A DNA stretch of 64,000 bases from an uncultured Gemmatimonadaceae bacterium. Lineage in GTDB: Bacteria > Gemmatimonadota > Gemmatimonadetes > Gemmatimonadales > Gemmatimonadaceae. The position numbers were made by a program, and so were the translations under genes. How positions within the stretch are numbered: the stretch's first letter is position 1; each line of letters starts with the position of its first letter. Shown here piece by piece: positions 50,964 to 61,173 of this stretch. The stretch is taken from positions 256,001-320,000 of the forward strand of contig CAWAGQ010000004.1 of assembly GCA_963781585.1 (NCBI GenBank). Direction: 5' to 3'. Below the pieces are notes generated by a model, which saw only the letters and a program-made list of their open reading frames with translations, was not told the DNA's origin and ran no database searches.

Positions 50964-52136
50964 TCAGCTCTCGACCTCGAACACACCCGCGGCGCCCATT
51001 CCGCCGCCCACGCACATGGTAACCAGCCCGAAACCGCCGCCGCGGCGACCGAGCTCGTGGACCAGCTGAGTCGCGAGCTTGGTGCCCGTGGCGCCTAACG
51101 GGTGCCCGAGAGCGATGGCCCCTCCGTTTACGTTCAGAATCTCGTCGCGGAACCCGAGCTCCCGCTGCACGGCGAGGGCCTGCGCGGCAAACGCCTCATT
51201 GAACTCGATCAGGCGGATCTCGTCCAGTGCGCGGCCGGCGCGCGCCAGGGCCTTCGGTACAGCGCGAATCGGGCCGACGCCCATGATGTCGGGCGCCACC
51301 CCGGCCACCGCGTAGCCGGCGAAGCGGGCCAGTACCGGCGCGCTCAGGGCCCGCGCGCGCTCGGCGCTCATCATCACCACCGCGGCGGATCCGTCGGAGT
51401 AGGGGCTCGAATTTCCGGCCGTGACCGTGCCATCGACCTTGAACGCCGGCGGCAGCTTCGCCAGCCGCTCCAGACTGGTGTCGCTGCGCACGTTTTCGTC
51501 GCGCACAAAGAACCCCTGCTCGACCTCCTGGCGCGGTCCCTGCCACCGTACCCGTTCCACCGGCACGGGCACGATCTGGTCCGCGAATGCATCACCAGCC
51601 AGCGCGCGCGCGGCCTTCTCATGGCTCGCCAGCGCGTAGGCATCCTGATCGGCGCGGCTTACCTTCCACCGCGCGGCGACACGCTCGGCGGTGAACCCCA
51701 TGGCGATCATGTCTTCCGTCATGTCGGCGTGCAACCGCGGGTGAAAGCCCGACATGGGCACCTGACTCATCATCTCCACGCCGCCGGTGAGCACGACATC
51801 GGCCATCCCCGTCATGATGGCCTGCGCGCCCATGGCGATTGTCTGCAAGCCTGACGAGCAGAAGCGATTGACGGTGCAGGCGGGGACTTCAACGGGCAGC
51901 CGGGCGCGCAGCACGGCCAGACGCGCGACGTTCAGACCCTGGGACGCCTCCGGCATGGCGCAGCCCCACAGTACGTCATCGATCTCCCGCGGGTCCACAT
52001 TCGCACGCTTGATGGCCTCCTGCATCACGAGTGCAGAGAGGTCGATGGGATGCACCGCGGCAAGGGCGCCGTCCTTCTTCCCACGCCCAACCGCCGTGCG
52101 AACGGCGCTGACGATCACCGCGTCCCGCATGGTCAC
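50964..52136 (-). CDS. fadA: Acetyl-CoA C-acyltransferase (thiolase)
   Basis: [33 protein letters not shown]. Confidence 0.95.
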   Translation of the reverse strand: MTMRDAVIVSAVRTAVGRGKKDGALAAVHPIDLSALVMQEAIKRANVDPREIDDVLWGCAMPEASQGLNVARLAVLRARLPVEVPACTVNRFCSSGLQTIAMGAQAIMTGMADVVLTGGVEMMSQVPMSGFHPRLHADMTEDMIAMGFTAERVAARWKVSRADQDAYALASHEKAARALAGDAFADQIVPVPVERVRWQGPRQEVEQGFFVRDENVRSDTSLERLAKLPPAFKVDGTVTAGNSSPYSDGSAAVVMMSAERARALSAPVLARFAGYAVAGVAPDIMGVGPIRAVPKALARAGRALDEIRLIEFNEAFAAQALAVQRELGFRDEILNVNGGAIALGHPLGATGTKLATQLVHELGRRGGGFGLVTMCVGGGMGAAGVFEVES

Positions 52137-52160
52137 CTGTCTCGCGGCCTCCGTGCCACT

Positions 52161-54461
52161 CTAGTTCCGCAGCGGTTTGCCCGTGCGCAGCATGTGCGCG
52201 ATCCGGTCCTGGGTGGCCTGCGTGCCGAGCAGGGCCAGGAATGCCTCGCGCTCGAGGTCCAACATGTCCTGTTCGCTCACGTCGCGTGCCGGACCGTCGC
52301 CGGCACTCAGCACCCACGCCACCTTGTTCCCGATCAGGACGTCGTGGTCGCTGATCCGGCCGGCTTCCCGCATCGCCCACACGGCATACTTGAGGTTTCC
52401 GAACGCCTCACGGCCCAGCGCGCGCATGGTCCGTGGTCCCGGAGGCGTGTAGTCCGTGGCGAGATCGAGCACCCGGGCTTTGGCATCGCTCAAAAGGCGA
52501 TCGCGATTCATCGACACGCGATCTCCGTCGCGAAGGAACCCGAGGCGACGTGCATCCAGCGCGCTCGTGCTGGTGGTGGCCATGCTGATGAGGCGAAACG
52601 CCCGCTTCACGGCTTCGAACCGGTCGGCCTCCTCATATGGAGCCAGTTGGCGCGTGAATCGAAAGAGCAGTTCCTTGCAACCCCCGCCGGAGGGAAGAAG
52701 CCCGACGCCAGCCTCCACGAAGCCGAGATAGAGTTCCGCGTGCGCCTGCAAGCGCGCGGCGTGCAGCGCGAACTCGGCTCCGCCGCCAAGCGTGAGTCCG
52801 AACGGCGCGACCACCACGGGGAAGGGCACGCGGCGCAAGCTCATGACGGCGTTCTGGAACTCCCGGACGGCCACTTCCAGCGCACCCCAGGTTCCTTCCT
52901 GCGCGAGCGAAAGCAGCTCGCCGAGATCAGCTCCGGCAGAGAACGTCCGCGGATCCTGGTTCCCGATCACCAAGCCGGTCCTGCCGTTCTGATCGACGAT
53001 GTCGAGTGCGCGCTTCAGCATGTCCAGGGTTCCGTGCCCCAGCGTGTTCAGCTTGCCGTGGAACTCCAGCAGCACGGCACCATCGCCCACGTCCAGTACC
53101 GAGGCGTCGTCGTTCCTTGCCAGGGCGCCGAGTCTCGTCTTGACCAGGGAGAGGTCGAGCTGACCCGGGATCGGTTCGATCGGCGCGTACTCGCCGGCGA
53201 ACGAGAGCTGTCGCGGCCCGCTCCCCAGCGTGCGATAGAAGTTTTCGCGTGCGGTGGAGAGCAATGGCGGCACCGCGCCTGGCGCGAGGGCAGAGCGCAG
53301 GTAGTCCAGTCCCATGGCGTCGAAGACGCGATAGGGCCCGATCTCCCATCCGTAGCCCCATTCCATGGCGCGGTCGACGGACGCGATATCGTGGGCCAGG
53401 GCCGGCGTCTGCTCGAGCGTGTACCGGGCGACGGCGAGCAGCATGTCGCGGAGAAAGCTCCCGTGGCGCCCGTCAGCCGTCGCGAGCGCCTGCAGCCGGC
53501 GCTCGAGGGGTTGCTGTCGAAGCTGGCTGAGATCGGGCAGGTCCGGAGCCGGAACGTCCCGGTACTCCCCGGTCTTCCAGTCCAGCGTGAGGATTCGCTT
53601 TCCGTCCCTGCGGTAGAAGCCCGCCCCGCTCTTCTCGCCCAGATGCCCCTGCCTGACGAGTTGCTGCACCCATTCGGGCAGCGCGAAGTCCTCGCCAGTG
53701 GCCCGCGACAGCTCTTCGGTGACCAGCACCAGCACATCAAGCCCGGAGATATCGCCGGTTCGAAAGGTGGCGGATCGGGGCCGCCCGATGAGTGGCCCGG
53801 TGAGGGCGTCGACCTCCGCAATGCCCAACTCGTACTGCTCCATGAGGCGAATGGTGGCCACCAGGCCGAACAGTCCGAGGCGGTTCGCGATGAACCCGGG
53901 AACATCCTTCGCAATCACCACCCCCTTGCCCAGTGTGCGCTCGGCGAAGGCACGGATCTCGCTCACGGACTCGGGATTTGTTTCCTCGCCCGGGATAATC
54001 TCGAGCAGATGCAGATACCGCGCGGGATTGAAGAAGTGTGTACCCAGGAACCGGCCGCGGAACGCCGCGCCAAGTCCTCTGGCCAGTGAGGCGATGGGGA
54101 TCCCGGAGGTGTTCGACGACACGATCGCGGTGGGCTTCACCACGCCCTCGAGGCGCTCGAACAGGCGACGCTTCGGTTCGGGCTGTTCGATGATCGCTTC
54201 GATGATCCAGTCGCAGCCGGCGAGCAGGTCGAAGTCGTCCTCGATGTTGCCAATGGTGATTCGTGAGGCGCGCTGGGGATCCATGAAGGGTGACATCCGC
54301 GAGGCGATCGCGCGCTGGACGGCGTTTCGCGCGCGCGCATTCCGGTCGGGATCAGCCGGAACGTCGAGCAGCACGACCGGCAGTCCGGCGGACGCGGCCA
54401 GTGCCGCGATGCCGGTGCCCATGGCACCGGCTCCGATCACTCCCATCCTGGCTATCCGCAT
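52161..54461 (-). CDS. 3-hydroxyacyl-CoA dehydrogenase / enoyl-CoA hydratase fusion (FadN-type)
   Basis: GAGAMG, SNTSG, HFFNPARY; C-terminal crotonase FSAGADL, LGGGAE; GKPLRN end. Confidence 0.93.
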   Translation of the reverse strand: MRIARMGVIGAGAMGTGIAALAASAGLPVVLLDVPADPDRNARARNAVQRAIASRMSPFMDPQRASRITIGNIEDDFDLLAGCDWIIEAIIEQPEPKRRLFERLEGVVKPTAIVSSNTSGIPIASLARGLGAAFRGRFLGTHFFNPARYLHLLEIIPGEETNPESVSEIRAFAERTLGKGVVIAKDVPGFIANRLGLFGLVATIRLMEQYELGIAEVDALTGPLIGRPRSATFRTGDISGLDVLVLVTEELSRATGEDFALPEWVQQLVRQGHLGEKSGAGFYRRDGKRILTLDWKTGEYRDVPAPDLPDLSQLRQQPLERRLQALATADGRHGSFLRDMLLAVARYTLEQTPALAHDIASVDRAMEWGYGWEIGPYRVFDAMGLDYLRSALAPGAVPPLLSTARENFYRTLGSGPRQLSFAGEYAPIEPIPGQLDLSLVKTRLGALARNDDASVLDVGDGAVLLEFHGKLNTLGHGTLDMLKRALDIVDQNGRTGLVIGNQDPRTFSAGADLGELLSLAQEGTWGALEVAVREFQNAVMSLRRVPFPVVVAPFGLTLGGGAEFALHAARLQAHAELYLGFVEAGVGLLPSGGGCKELLFRFTRQLAPYEEADRFEAVKRAFRLISMATTSTSALDARRLGFLRDGDRVSMNRDRLLSDAKARVLDLATDYTPPGPRTMRALGREAFGNLKYAVWAMREAGRISDHDVLIGNKVAWVLSAGDGPARDVSEQDMLDLEREAFLALLGTQATQDRIAHMLRTGKPLRN

Positions 54462-54595
54462 CGGCGTCCTCGTGTCGGGTGTCGCGCGTGCGGGGAAGAT
54501 CGACGGCGTTGTTCGTCGCGACAAGGGACCACGCGTCCGCAGACCCGAGAACAGAACCTCTTCCAGTCGCATACTGCACTTGCTAGCCTCCGGGC

Positions 54596-57199
54596 ATGGT
54601 CCTGTCCGCATTGCTCGTCACATGGGTCAGCGGTGTCACGTCACCGGCAGCTCGGCTACCGGACGACTCGCTCATGGCGCCCGGTGTGTCGCACGCGCTG
54701 GCGGAGCGGCGTGCTACGCGAATCCGCAGCGTGCGATACGCTCTGACGCTGGATGTGACGCGCCCCGACACAGCTGTGGGACGGGTGACCATTCGCTTCA
54801 ATCTCAGGGGGCCAGGGGACGTCATCCTCGACTTCCGCGGGCCATTGCTGAGGCAGGCACTCGTCAACGGTGTCGCGCAACCGTCGCTGACCTTCAACGG
54901 TCAGCACGTCCGAATTCCGGGAGCGCTACTCACTAACGGCCCCAACCGCATCGACTTCGAGTTCTCGGCGCTGATTGCCGCGGCTGGCGCGAGCATCATT
55001 CGTGTGCGCGACCCATCCGATGGAGCGACGTATCTCTACACGCTTCTCGTCCCGAGCGATGCCGAGCAGCTTTTCCCGTGCTTCGACCAGCCTGACCTGA
55101 AGGCGCGGATTGCTCTCACCCTGACCACGCCGCTGGGTTGGCGCGCAGTGGCGAACGGCGTCGTTACGCGAGCCGACTCGTCATCGCGCGGCACCACCTA
55201 TGTGTTCCGTGAGTCGGAGCCGATCAGCACCTACCTCATTGCGTTCGCAGCCGGTCCATGGGCGGCTCTCACCGCCACCAACACAGCGCGTCCGATCACG
55301 CTCTACGTTCGCAGGTCGCGTGCGCGCGAGGTGGATGTCGACTCGATCATCCACGATGCGGATCGCGCGGTGTCATGGCTGTCGCGGTACTTCGCCTACC
55401 GTTATCCGTTCCAGAAGCTCGACATCCTGCTGGCGCCCGCTTTTCCGTTCGGAGGCATGGAACACCCTGGCGCCATCTTCTTCAGCGAGGAGCGATTCAT
55501 CTTCCGAGAGCCGCCAACGCTTACGCAGCGGCTCGGTCGTACCGCCACGGTTTACCATGAAGTGGCGCATCAGTGGTTCGGCGACCTGGTGACCATGCGA
55601 TGGTTCGACGACCTCTGGCTCAAGGAGGGTTTCGCGACCTACATGGCTGCGAAGATGCAGGCCTCGCTCGACTCCAGCGCCGGGGCCTGGGAGTCATTCT
55701 ATCTGCGGAACAAGCCGGCGGCCTACGCGGTCGATGTGAGCGGCGGCACGACGGCAATCTGGCAACCTCTCGACAATCTCGATCAGGCAAAGAGCAACTA
55801 CGGCGCCATCGTCTACAACAAGGCACCGGGTGTCCTGAAGCAGCTCAACTTCCTTGTCGGCGAGTCCGCCTTCCAACGCGGCCTCCAGCAATTCGTGCAC
55901 GCGCACGCGTTCGCCAACGCCACCTGGCGCGATCTGCTCGACGCCATCGCGGGCGTCCGTGGAAACCCGCTGCGCAACTGGGGCGAGGACTACATCACAA
56001 GAGCCGGGATGCCGGTGCTGGAGCAACGTCTGGAGACCAGTGACGGGCGGGTGACTCGGCTCGCCATCGTCCAGCATCCGGCGCAACTCGCGGTATCCGG
56101 CGCGCGGCCCTGGCCTATCCGCACCGAGCTGGTGCTCGCTTCGCCCGATGGGGTTCTGACTCGACTGCCATTGACCATCACTTCCGACACGACGCTGGTG
56201 AGCGCGGCCGTCGGCTTGCCCGCTCCGGCATGGATGTTCGCCAACGCCGATGACAACGCATACGCGCTGGTCCTGCTCGACTCCGTGAGCGTGAGCTGGC
56301 TCGAACACTCGCTGGGCCGGGTTCAGGTCGCCTTCGACCGCGCGATGCTGTGGGGAGCGCTCTGGGATCAGGTGCGGGAGGCGTCCCTCAGTCCGCGGCG
56401 GTTCATTCGCCTGGCGGTCCGCGAGCTGCCGCATGAACCCGACGAACAGATTCTGGCGAGTGAACTCAATCACCTGACGCGCGCGGTGACGGCGTACATC
56501 GATGGCGCGACCCGCGACACGCTGCTTCCGGACGTGGAGCGAATGCTTCTCGTCGGCGCGTCGGACTCGACAAGGTCGTATGGCGTGCGGCGATCGGAGC
56601 TGGCCGCGCTGATTCGGGTAGCGGCGAGCCGCACGATGGTCGATACCCTCGACGCGCTGCTGGACCGGGACCGGTTGGCGGGACTGCCCTTGGGTCCGTC
56701 GACGCGATGGTCCATCGTCACCCGGCTGGTAGCGCTTGGAGCGCCTTCGGCGGCGCGCCGTTTGGTGGACGAAGCGCGGCGCGATTCGTCCGCCGAGGGA
56801 GCGCGCCGGAAATTCGTGGCCGCTGCCGCGGCCCCACGCGCTGCGGTCAAGGCAGACTACTTCGCGCGCTACTTCGCTGACAGTACGCTCAACGAGGATT
56901 GGGCGACTGCCAGTCTCGATGCGTTCAACGCCGTGGAGTCGAGAGACATCACCGCGCCCTTCCTGCGCCCGGCACTCGATTCGCTGCCGTGGATACAGCG
57001 CAACCGCCGCATCTTCTTTCTGGGATCCTGGATCAATGGGTTCCTGGGCGGGCAGCTCGACGAGGCGGCGTTAGGCATCGTACAGCGCTTTCTCGGCGAG
57101 CGCGCAGACCTGCCTGACGATCTGCGGTTGAAGGTGCTGCAGGCGGCGGACGAACTGGAGCGCACGGTGCGCATACGGCGTCGGTTTTCCAATGAGTGA
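54596..57199 (+). CDS. pepN: M1-family aminopeptidase N
   Basis: FPCFDQPDLKA, GGMEHPG, HEVAHQWFGDLVTMRWFDDLWLKEG. Confidence 0.93.
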   Translation: MVLSALLVTWVSGVTSPAARLPDDSLMAPGVSHALAERRATRIRSVRYALTLDVTRPDTAVGRVTIRFNLRGPGDVILDFRGPLLRQALVNGVAQPSLTFNGQHVRIPGALLTNGPNRIDFEFSALIAAAGASIIRVRDPSDGATYLYTLLVPSDAEQLFPCFDQPDLKARIALTLTTPLGWRAVANGVVTRADSSSRGTTYVFRESEPISTYLIAFAAGPWAALTATNTARPITLYVRRSRAREVDVDSIIHDADRAVSWLSRYFAYRYPFQKLDILLAPAFPFGGMEHPGAIFFSEERFIFREPPTLTQRLGRTATVYHEVAHQWFGDLVTMRWFDDLWLKEGFATYMAAKMQASLDSSAGAWESFYLRNKPAAYAVDVSGGTTAIWQPLDNLDQAKSNYGAIVYNKAPGVLKQLNFLVGESAFQRGLQQFVHAHAFANATWRDLLDAIAGVRGNPLRNWGEDYITRAGMPVLEQRLETSDGRVTRLAIVQHPAQLAVSGARPWPIRTELVLASPDGVLTRLPLTITSDTTLVSAAVGLPAPAWMFANADDNAYALVLLDSVSVSWLEHSLGRVQVAFDRAMLWGALWDQVREASLSPRRFIRLAVRELPHEPDEQILASELNHLTRAVTAYIDGATRDTLLPDVERMLLVGASDSTRSYGVRRSELAALIRVAASRTMVDTLDALLDRDRLAGLPLGPSTRWSIVTRLVALGAPSAARRLVDEARRDSSAEGARRKFVAAAAAPRAAVKADYFARYFADSTLNEDWATASLDAFNAVESRDITAPFLRPALDSLPWIQRNRRIFFLGSWINGFLGGQLDEAALGIVQRFLGERADLPDDLRLKVLQAADELERTVRIRRRFSNE

Positions 57200-57756
57200 C
57201 TCGCCGCTCCCCGCCTAGGATGCAATCCCGCTTCGTTTCGATGAGGGACCCGTCCTCCCCTGGAGTCGGACAGCTGCCTGGCACTCCGTGGGATGCAGGT
57301 TACCCGCGACCTGTTGCGCGAGGACGCCAGTCAGGTGCTGGAGATGTATCGTTGCCGCTGCGGCATCATCGAGAACGGGTGGACAGCCCGGGTCCCGTGC
57401 TGGCATGAGGGAAGTCAAATGTCCAGTCGCATGACCATTGCAGTATGAAGGTCGTGACCCCGGTCACGCAATTGGGGTTAAGTTTCTGTCACCAGGAGCC
57501 GCTTTCAGTAGTTGGGGCGGGTCATTCAGAAGCCCCGCCCCACGTCCACGCACCTCGGTTCTCCATTCCCAACAGGACGGTAAGGGTGACGCGCTTCCAT
57601 CGCACTGTGGCGAAAGAGCTTTGCCACTCGGGAGGTTACTGGCCCCGGGCGTCCCGGAGTCGCGTCATGAGCCGTTGTCTATCGACGCTGTCTTGTGCGC
57701 ATGCAGTTTCCGTCTGATTATTAAGGCCGATCAAGCCCCTCCAACCCGCTACCTTG

Positions 57757-59025
57757 ATGCTCTACGTCGAATCTCCGCTCGACGCATATCGCAGCGATCT
57801 GGCGCGAAATGCGAATCGCGAGGATTTCGGAGGCGCCGATACGGTCTGGCTGCTTACCGCACACTGCCTCTCGAGAATCATCCGCACCGGCGTCGAAGAC
57901 CGTGGCGTGAGCGCTGCGCAATCCGCGTCGGCGCTGCGCGATCTCCTCGGTTCGGATCCGGACGGTTGCCAGCTTCCGGAGCCGGAGCGGCGGGATCTCT
58001 CGCAGGTCGTCGACGGCCTCACGGCGTTGACTGACCGCGATTCGGCCGATGCGGTCGCGCGGGGCGTGCGCGGAATGACCAGTCGCATGTCGGATGCAGG
58101 CGCGGTTTCCATGGCCTACACGACGCTGGCCAGCACACGCGAACTGGTGGGGTTGGCGAGTGATCGCGAGCGAGGACTTCTGGCCGCCGACCAGGCGCGG
58201 GTTGCGCGCCTGCTGGGCGACCTCGACACGTCGGAGGAACTGTACCAGGCCTGCTCCGACATCGCAGAGCGGTCGGTCGACTTCGCCCTCCTCTCGCGCG
58301 CCTGTCTCGGTCGTGGCGTGATCAATCGAGTGCGGGGCAACTATCCCCGGGCACGCGTCTTCTTCGAGCGCGGACTCGAGCTCGGCGAGACGGCGCATGC
58401 CAGCGAACTGGTGATGCTGGCACACCAGGGCCTGACCATCTGCTTCGCGATCGGTCATGACTTCGATCGTGCGCTGAAGCACGCCTGGGCCACCTATCTG
58501 TGTTCGGAGGGCGATCGGGCCCTGGAGGGGGAGGCCCTCGGCAACCTCTCGCAACTCTGCCTGGATGCGGGCTTCCCGCGCGCCGCGCTGCAGGGATTCG
58601 CCGCCGTACTTGATCGAACCGAAGTGCTTCGCGTGCGTTTGAGCATGCTGGGCGGCGCCGCGGTTGCAGCGGCACGATGCGACAAGTCGGATGTCGTGGA
58701 GCGCGTTGCTGCTGAGGCCGAGCGGCACGTGTTGCGATCAGCGCTCGCCTACGAGAATGCCCAGACCCTGTTTCACCTCGCCACGGCGTACGGCGTCATC
58801 GGCAATGCGGAGCGCGCGTCGGCCTATCTCACGCGTGCACGGCGGCTCGCGAAGGTCAGGGGCTTTTTCGAACTGCTGCACGCGTGTGAAAACGCCAAGC
58901 TCTCGCGGGCGACCGTTGAAGCCATTGCGCCGCACACGCTGTCTGAGGCCTCGCGGGAGGTCGTGGCGTCCCTCGCCGGAATGGACGCAGGCGACACCGC
59001 CGGGGTGCTCGCGCTGCGGAGTTAG
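57757..59025 (+). CDS. TPR-like all-helical protein
   Basis: Repeats such as LGRGVINRVRGNYPRARVFFERGL and ALGNLSQLCLDAGFPRAA; no signal peptide. Confidence 0.8.
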   Translation: MLYVESPLDAYRSDLARNANREDFGGADTVWLLTAHCLSRIIRTGVEDRGVSAAQSASALRDLLGSDPDGCQLPEPERRDLSQVVDGLTALTDRDSADAVARGVRGMTSRMSDAGAVSMAYTTLASTRELVGLASDRERGLLAADQARVARLLGDLDTSEELYQACSDIAERSVDFALLSRACLGRGVINRVRGNYPRARVFFERGLELGETAHASELVMLAHQGLTICFAIGHDFDRALKHAWATYLCSEGDRALEGEALGNLSQLCLDAGFPRAALQGFAAVLDRTEVLRVRLSMLGGAAVAAARCDKSDVVERVAAEAERHVLRSALAYENAQTLFHLATAYGVIGNAERASAYLTRARRLAKVRGFFELLHACENAKLSRATVEAIAPHTLSEASREVVASLAGMDAGDTAGVLALRS

Positions 59026-59044
59026 ACGGCGTTCAGGCGCCGCG

Positions 59045-59073
59045 GGGCCGGGGTGCGACGTCAACCCCGGCCC
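59045..59073. terminator. Hairpin between the convergent TPR and peptide genes
   Basis: GGGCCGGGGT...ACCCCGGCCC. Confidence 0.55.
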
Positions 59074-59102
59074 GACGAAAGCGCGGCGAGTGCTACTCTG
59101 GG

Positions 59103-59309
59103 TCAGCGCTGAGTGGAATCGGAGTCGCTGCGAGCGTTCGGGTTGATATAGTCGGCGTTCGGATTGATATAATCCTTGCTCGCGCACACGCCGGCACCCG
59201 GGATCTTGGCGCTGCGGCAGACCTGGGCGGACGGCGAAGTGGGCATCGAGCAGGCGGCAATGATGGCGGTCGTGGCGACGAATACTGCCAGGCGGATCGT
59301 GCTACGCAT
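59103..59309 (-). CDS. Small lipoprotein/propeptide with a tandem DYINPNA repeat
   Basis: GGAG RBS; signal peptide ending IIAAC; the two repeat copies differ only at synonymous positions. Confidence 0.75.
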   Translation of the reverse strand: MRSTIRLAVFVATTAIIAACSMPTSPSAQVCRSAKIPGAGVCASKDYINPNADYINPNARSDSDSTQR

Positions 59310-59426
59310 GAGAGGTCTCCAAGGGAAGTGTGAGGGTCGCCATAGTTTGCACGCGGTACGTGCGGACTACCGACACGCTATGTGCAGTTGTGATACATGG
59401 CGTAACATTTTTGGCGGAAAGCGGAC

Positions 59427-60224
59427 GTGATCGTCGGCGCTCTCGTTTGGGAACAGACAGCCCGCACGCGATTGCGCGAGTCGCTCCGGAGTCCCATCAC
59501 GGTTCGCTTCTGCGACCGCCAGACAGAGCTCCTGGCCCTGGTCGAGCATGGCCTCGCCAGCGTGGCGGTGGTCGACATCCGTGATCGGGACGGCGAGTCC
59601 ACGCTCCCGGTTGTGCGCCGACTTCGGGACGACTTCCCGTCGGTGCCCGTGGTGCTGTACTGTGCCCTGGCGCCGGACGCGTCGCGCGATGTGCTCGACT
59701 TTGCGCGGTCGGGAGTCAGCGATCTCGTATTCCGCGGGGTCGATGATCTTCGCGTCACCCTGCGGGCAGCCGTTCAGGCGGCGCTGGACCACAGCTCGAC
59801 CAAGCAGATGCTGCTTGACCTGGAGCCGGTCGTTCCTCCGAACGTGCTTCCCATGCTCCGATTCTGCATCGAAAACGGCAGGCGCAACCTGGGAGTGGAG
59901 GAGGTCGCGTCGGCGCTCGGCGTGCACCGCAAGACGCTCCTGGACCGACTGAATGCCGTTGGTTATCCCTCACCCACCGCCATCATTGCCTGGGGGCGCT
60001 TGCTGGTTGCGGCGAGGCTGCTCGAGGATCCGGGACGCGCTGTGGACGAGGTCGCTCTGCTGCTCGATTTCCCATCCGGCACGTCGCTCCGGAACATGAT
60101 GAAGCGGTACACGGGCCTGGTCTGCGGCGAGGTTCGTCAGAACGGCGGGGTTCACTGCGTTTTCCACGCGTTCAAGCGCGCCGTCACTGCGGCCACTGCC
60201 GGGCATCCTCCGGGCGAGGTCTGA
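59427..60224 (+). CDS. AraC-type HTH regulator with a receiver-like N-terminal domain
   Basis: VAVVDIRD...PSVPVVLY; VEEVASALGVHRKTL; VDEVALLLDFPSGTSLRNMMKRYTG. Confidence 0.85.
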   Translation: MIVGALVWEQTARTRLRESLRSPITVRFCDRQTELLALVEHGLASVAVVDIRDRDGESTLPVVRRLRDDFPSVPVVLYCALAPDASRDVLDFARSGVSDLVFRGVDDLRVTLRAAVQAALDHSSTKQMLLDLEPVVPPNVLPMLRFCIENGRRNLGVEEVASALGVHRKTLLDRLNAVGYPSPTAIIAWGRLLVAARLLEDPGRAVDEVALLLDFPSGTSLRNMMKRYTGLVCGEVRQNGGVHCVFHAFKRAVTAATAGHPPGEV

Positions 60225-60251
60225 CCGGCACGCGCTACCGGGTGCGCGCGA

Positions 60252-61052
60252 TCATAGCCGTCGCAGGAAACTCTCGGGGTCGTTGAGGAAGGCGCGCGTG
60301 AGCGCCACGTGCTCGAGGTCCTGATACGGCACTTCGCGAACCGGAATCTCGTCGAAGGTCAGCACACGGGCGCCGGGGAACGCGAGCAGTATCGGGGAAT
60401 GCGACGCGATGATGAACTGGCTGTGCTGCGCGACCATGTCCTTGATCATGGCGATGAGTCCGAGCTGGCTCTGCGGAGAGAGGGGCGCTTCGGGTTCGTC
60501 GAGCAGATAGAGCCCTCCCGGCACGAACCGGCTCTGGAACAGCCGGAAAAAGCTCTGACCGTGCGAGTTCTCGTCCAGATTCACGCCGTAGCGATTCTCC
60601 AGCCCGGCGAGCGACGCTCCCACTGGCCCCCTCGCCAATCCCCGGGCCATTGGTGAACGGTCCCGGTACTCGTCATCGATCTCCTCGAGGCGGCGCGTCA
60701 GGTCCTCGCGCAGCCGGGAGAGCGACTTGGCGAATCCGAAGAAGTCCTCGGCGCGCAGGAAGAAGCCGCGGTGGGTGCGCCGGTTCCAGACGAGCTGAAG
60801 CGCCGCCGCCAGACGCCGCTGATGGGCAAGCGTCTCGTCGGTCGTCGCCGATGTGCTGCCGACGGTGGGCAGGCCGCAGGCGGCCGCGAGCCCCTCCAGC
60901 AACGTCGACTTCCCGGACCCGTTCTCGCCGACAAGGAAGGTCACCGGAGTGCTGAGCGACGTCTCCCCAAGGGACTGGATTGCCGGGACGGTGAACGGGA
61001 ATCCGAAGGGGTCGGCCGGGCGGCGCAGCGAGAACGAGCGCAGGTGAATCAC
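60252..61052 (-). CDS. Predicted ABC-type/AAA ATPase
   Basis: GENGSGKS, SHGQSF, LLDEPEAPLSP, SHSPILL. Confidence 0.9.
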   Translation of the reverse strand: MIHLRSFSLRRPADPFGFPFTVPAIQSLGETSLSTPVTFLVGENGSGKSTLLEGLAAACGLPTVGSTSATTDETLAHQRRLAAALQLVWNRRTHRGFFLRAEDFFGFAKSLSRLREDLTRRLEEIDDEYRDRSPMARGLARGPVGASLAGLENRYGVNLDENSHGQSFFRLFQSRFVPGGLYLLDEPEAPLSPQSQLGLIAMIKDMVAQHSQFIIASHSPILLAFPGARVLTFDEIPVREVPYQDLEHVALTRAFLNDPESFLRRL

Positions 61053-61173
61053 CCGTTACTCCACTTCCGCCGCCTGCGTGAGCGGCGCCATCTTGAAACG
61101 CGGCCCGTCATCGCGTCCGGAGGACGAGTCCACACCAACCCGGAGGCGGATCCATGGCAGCGAAATGTACTGA

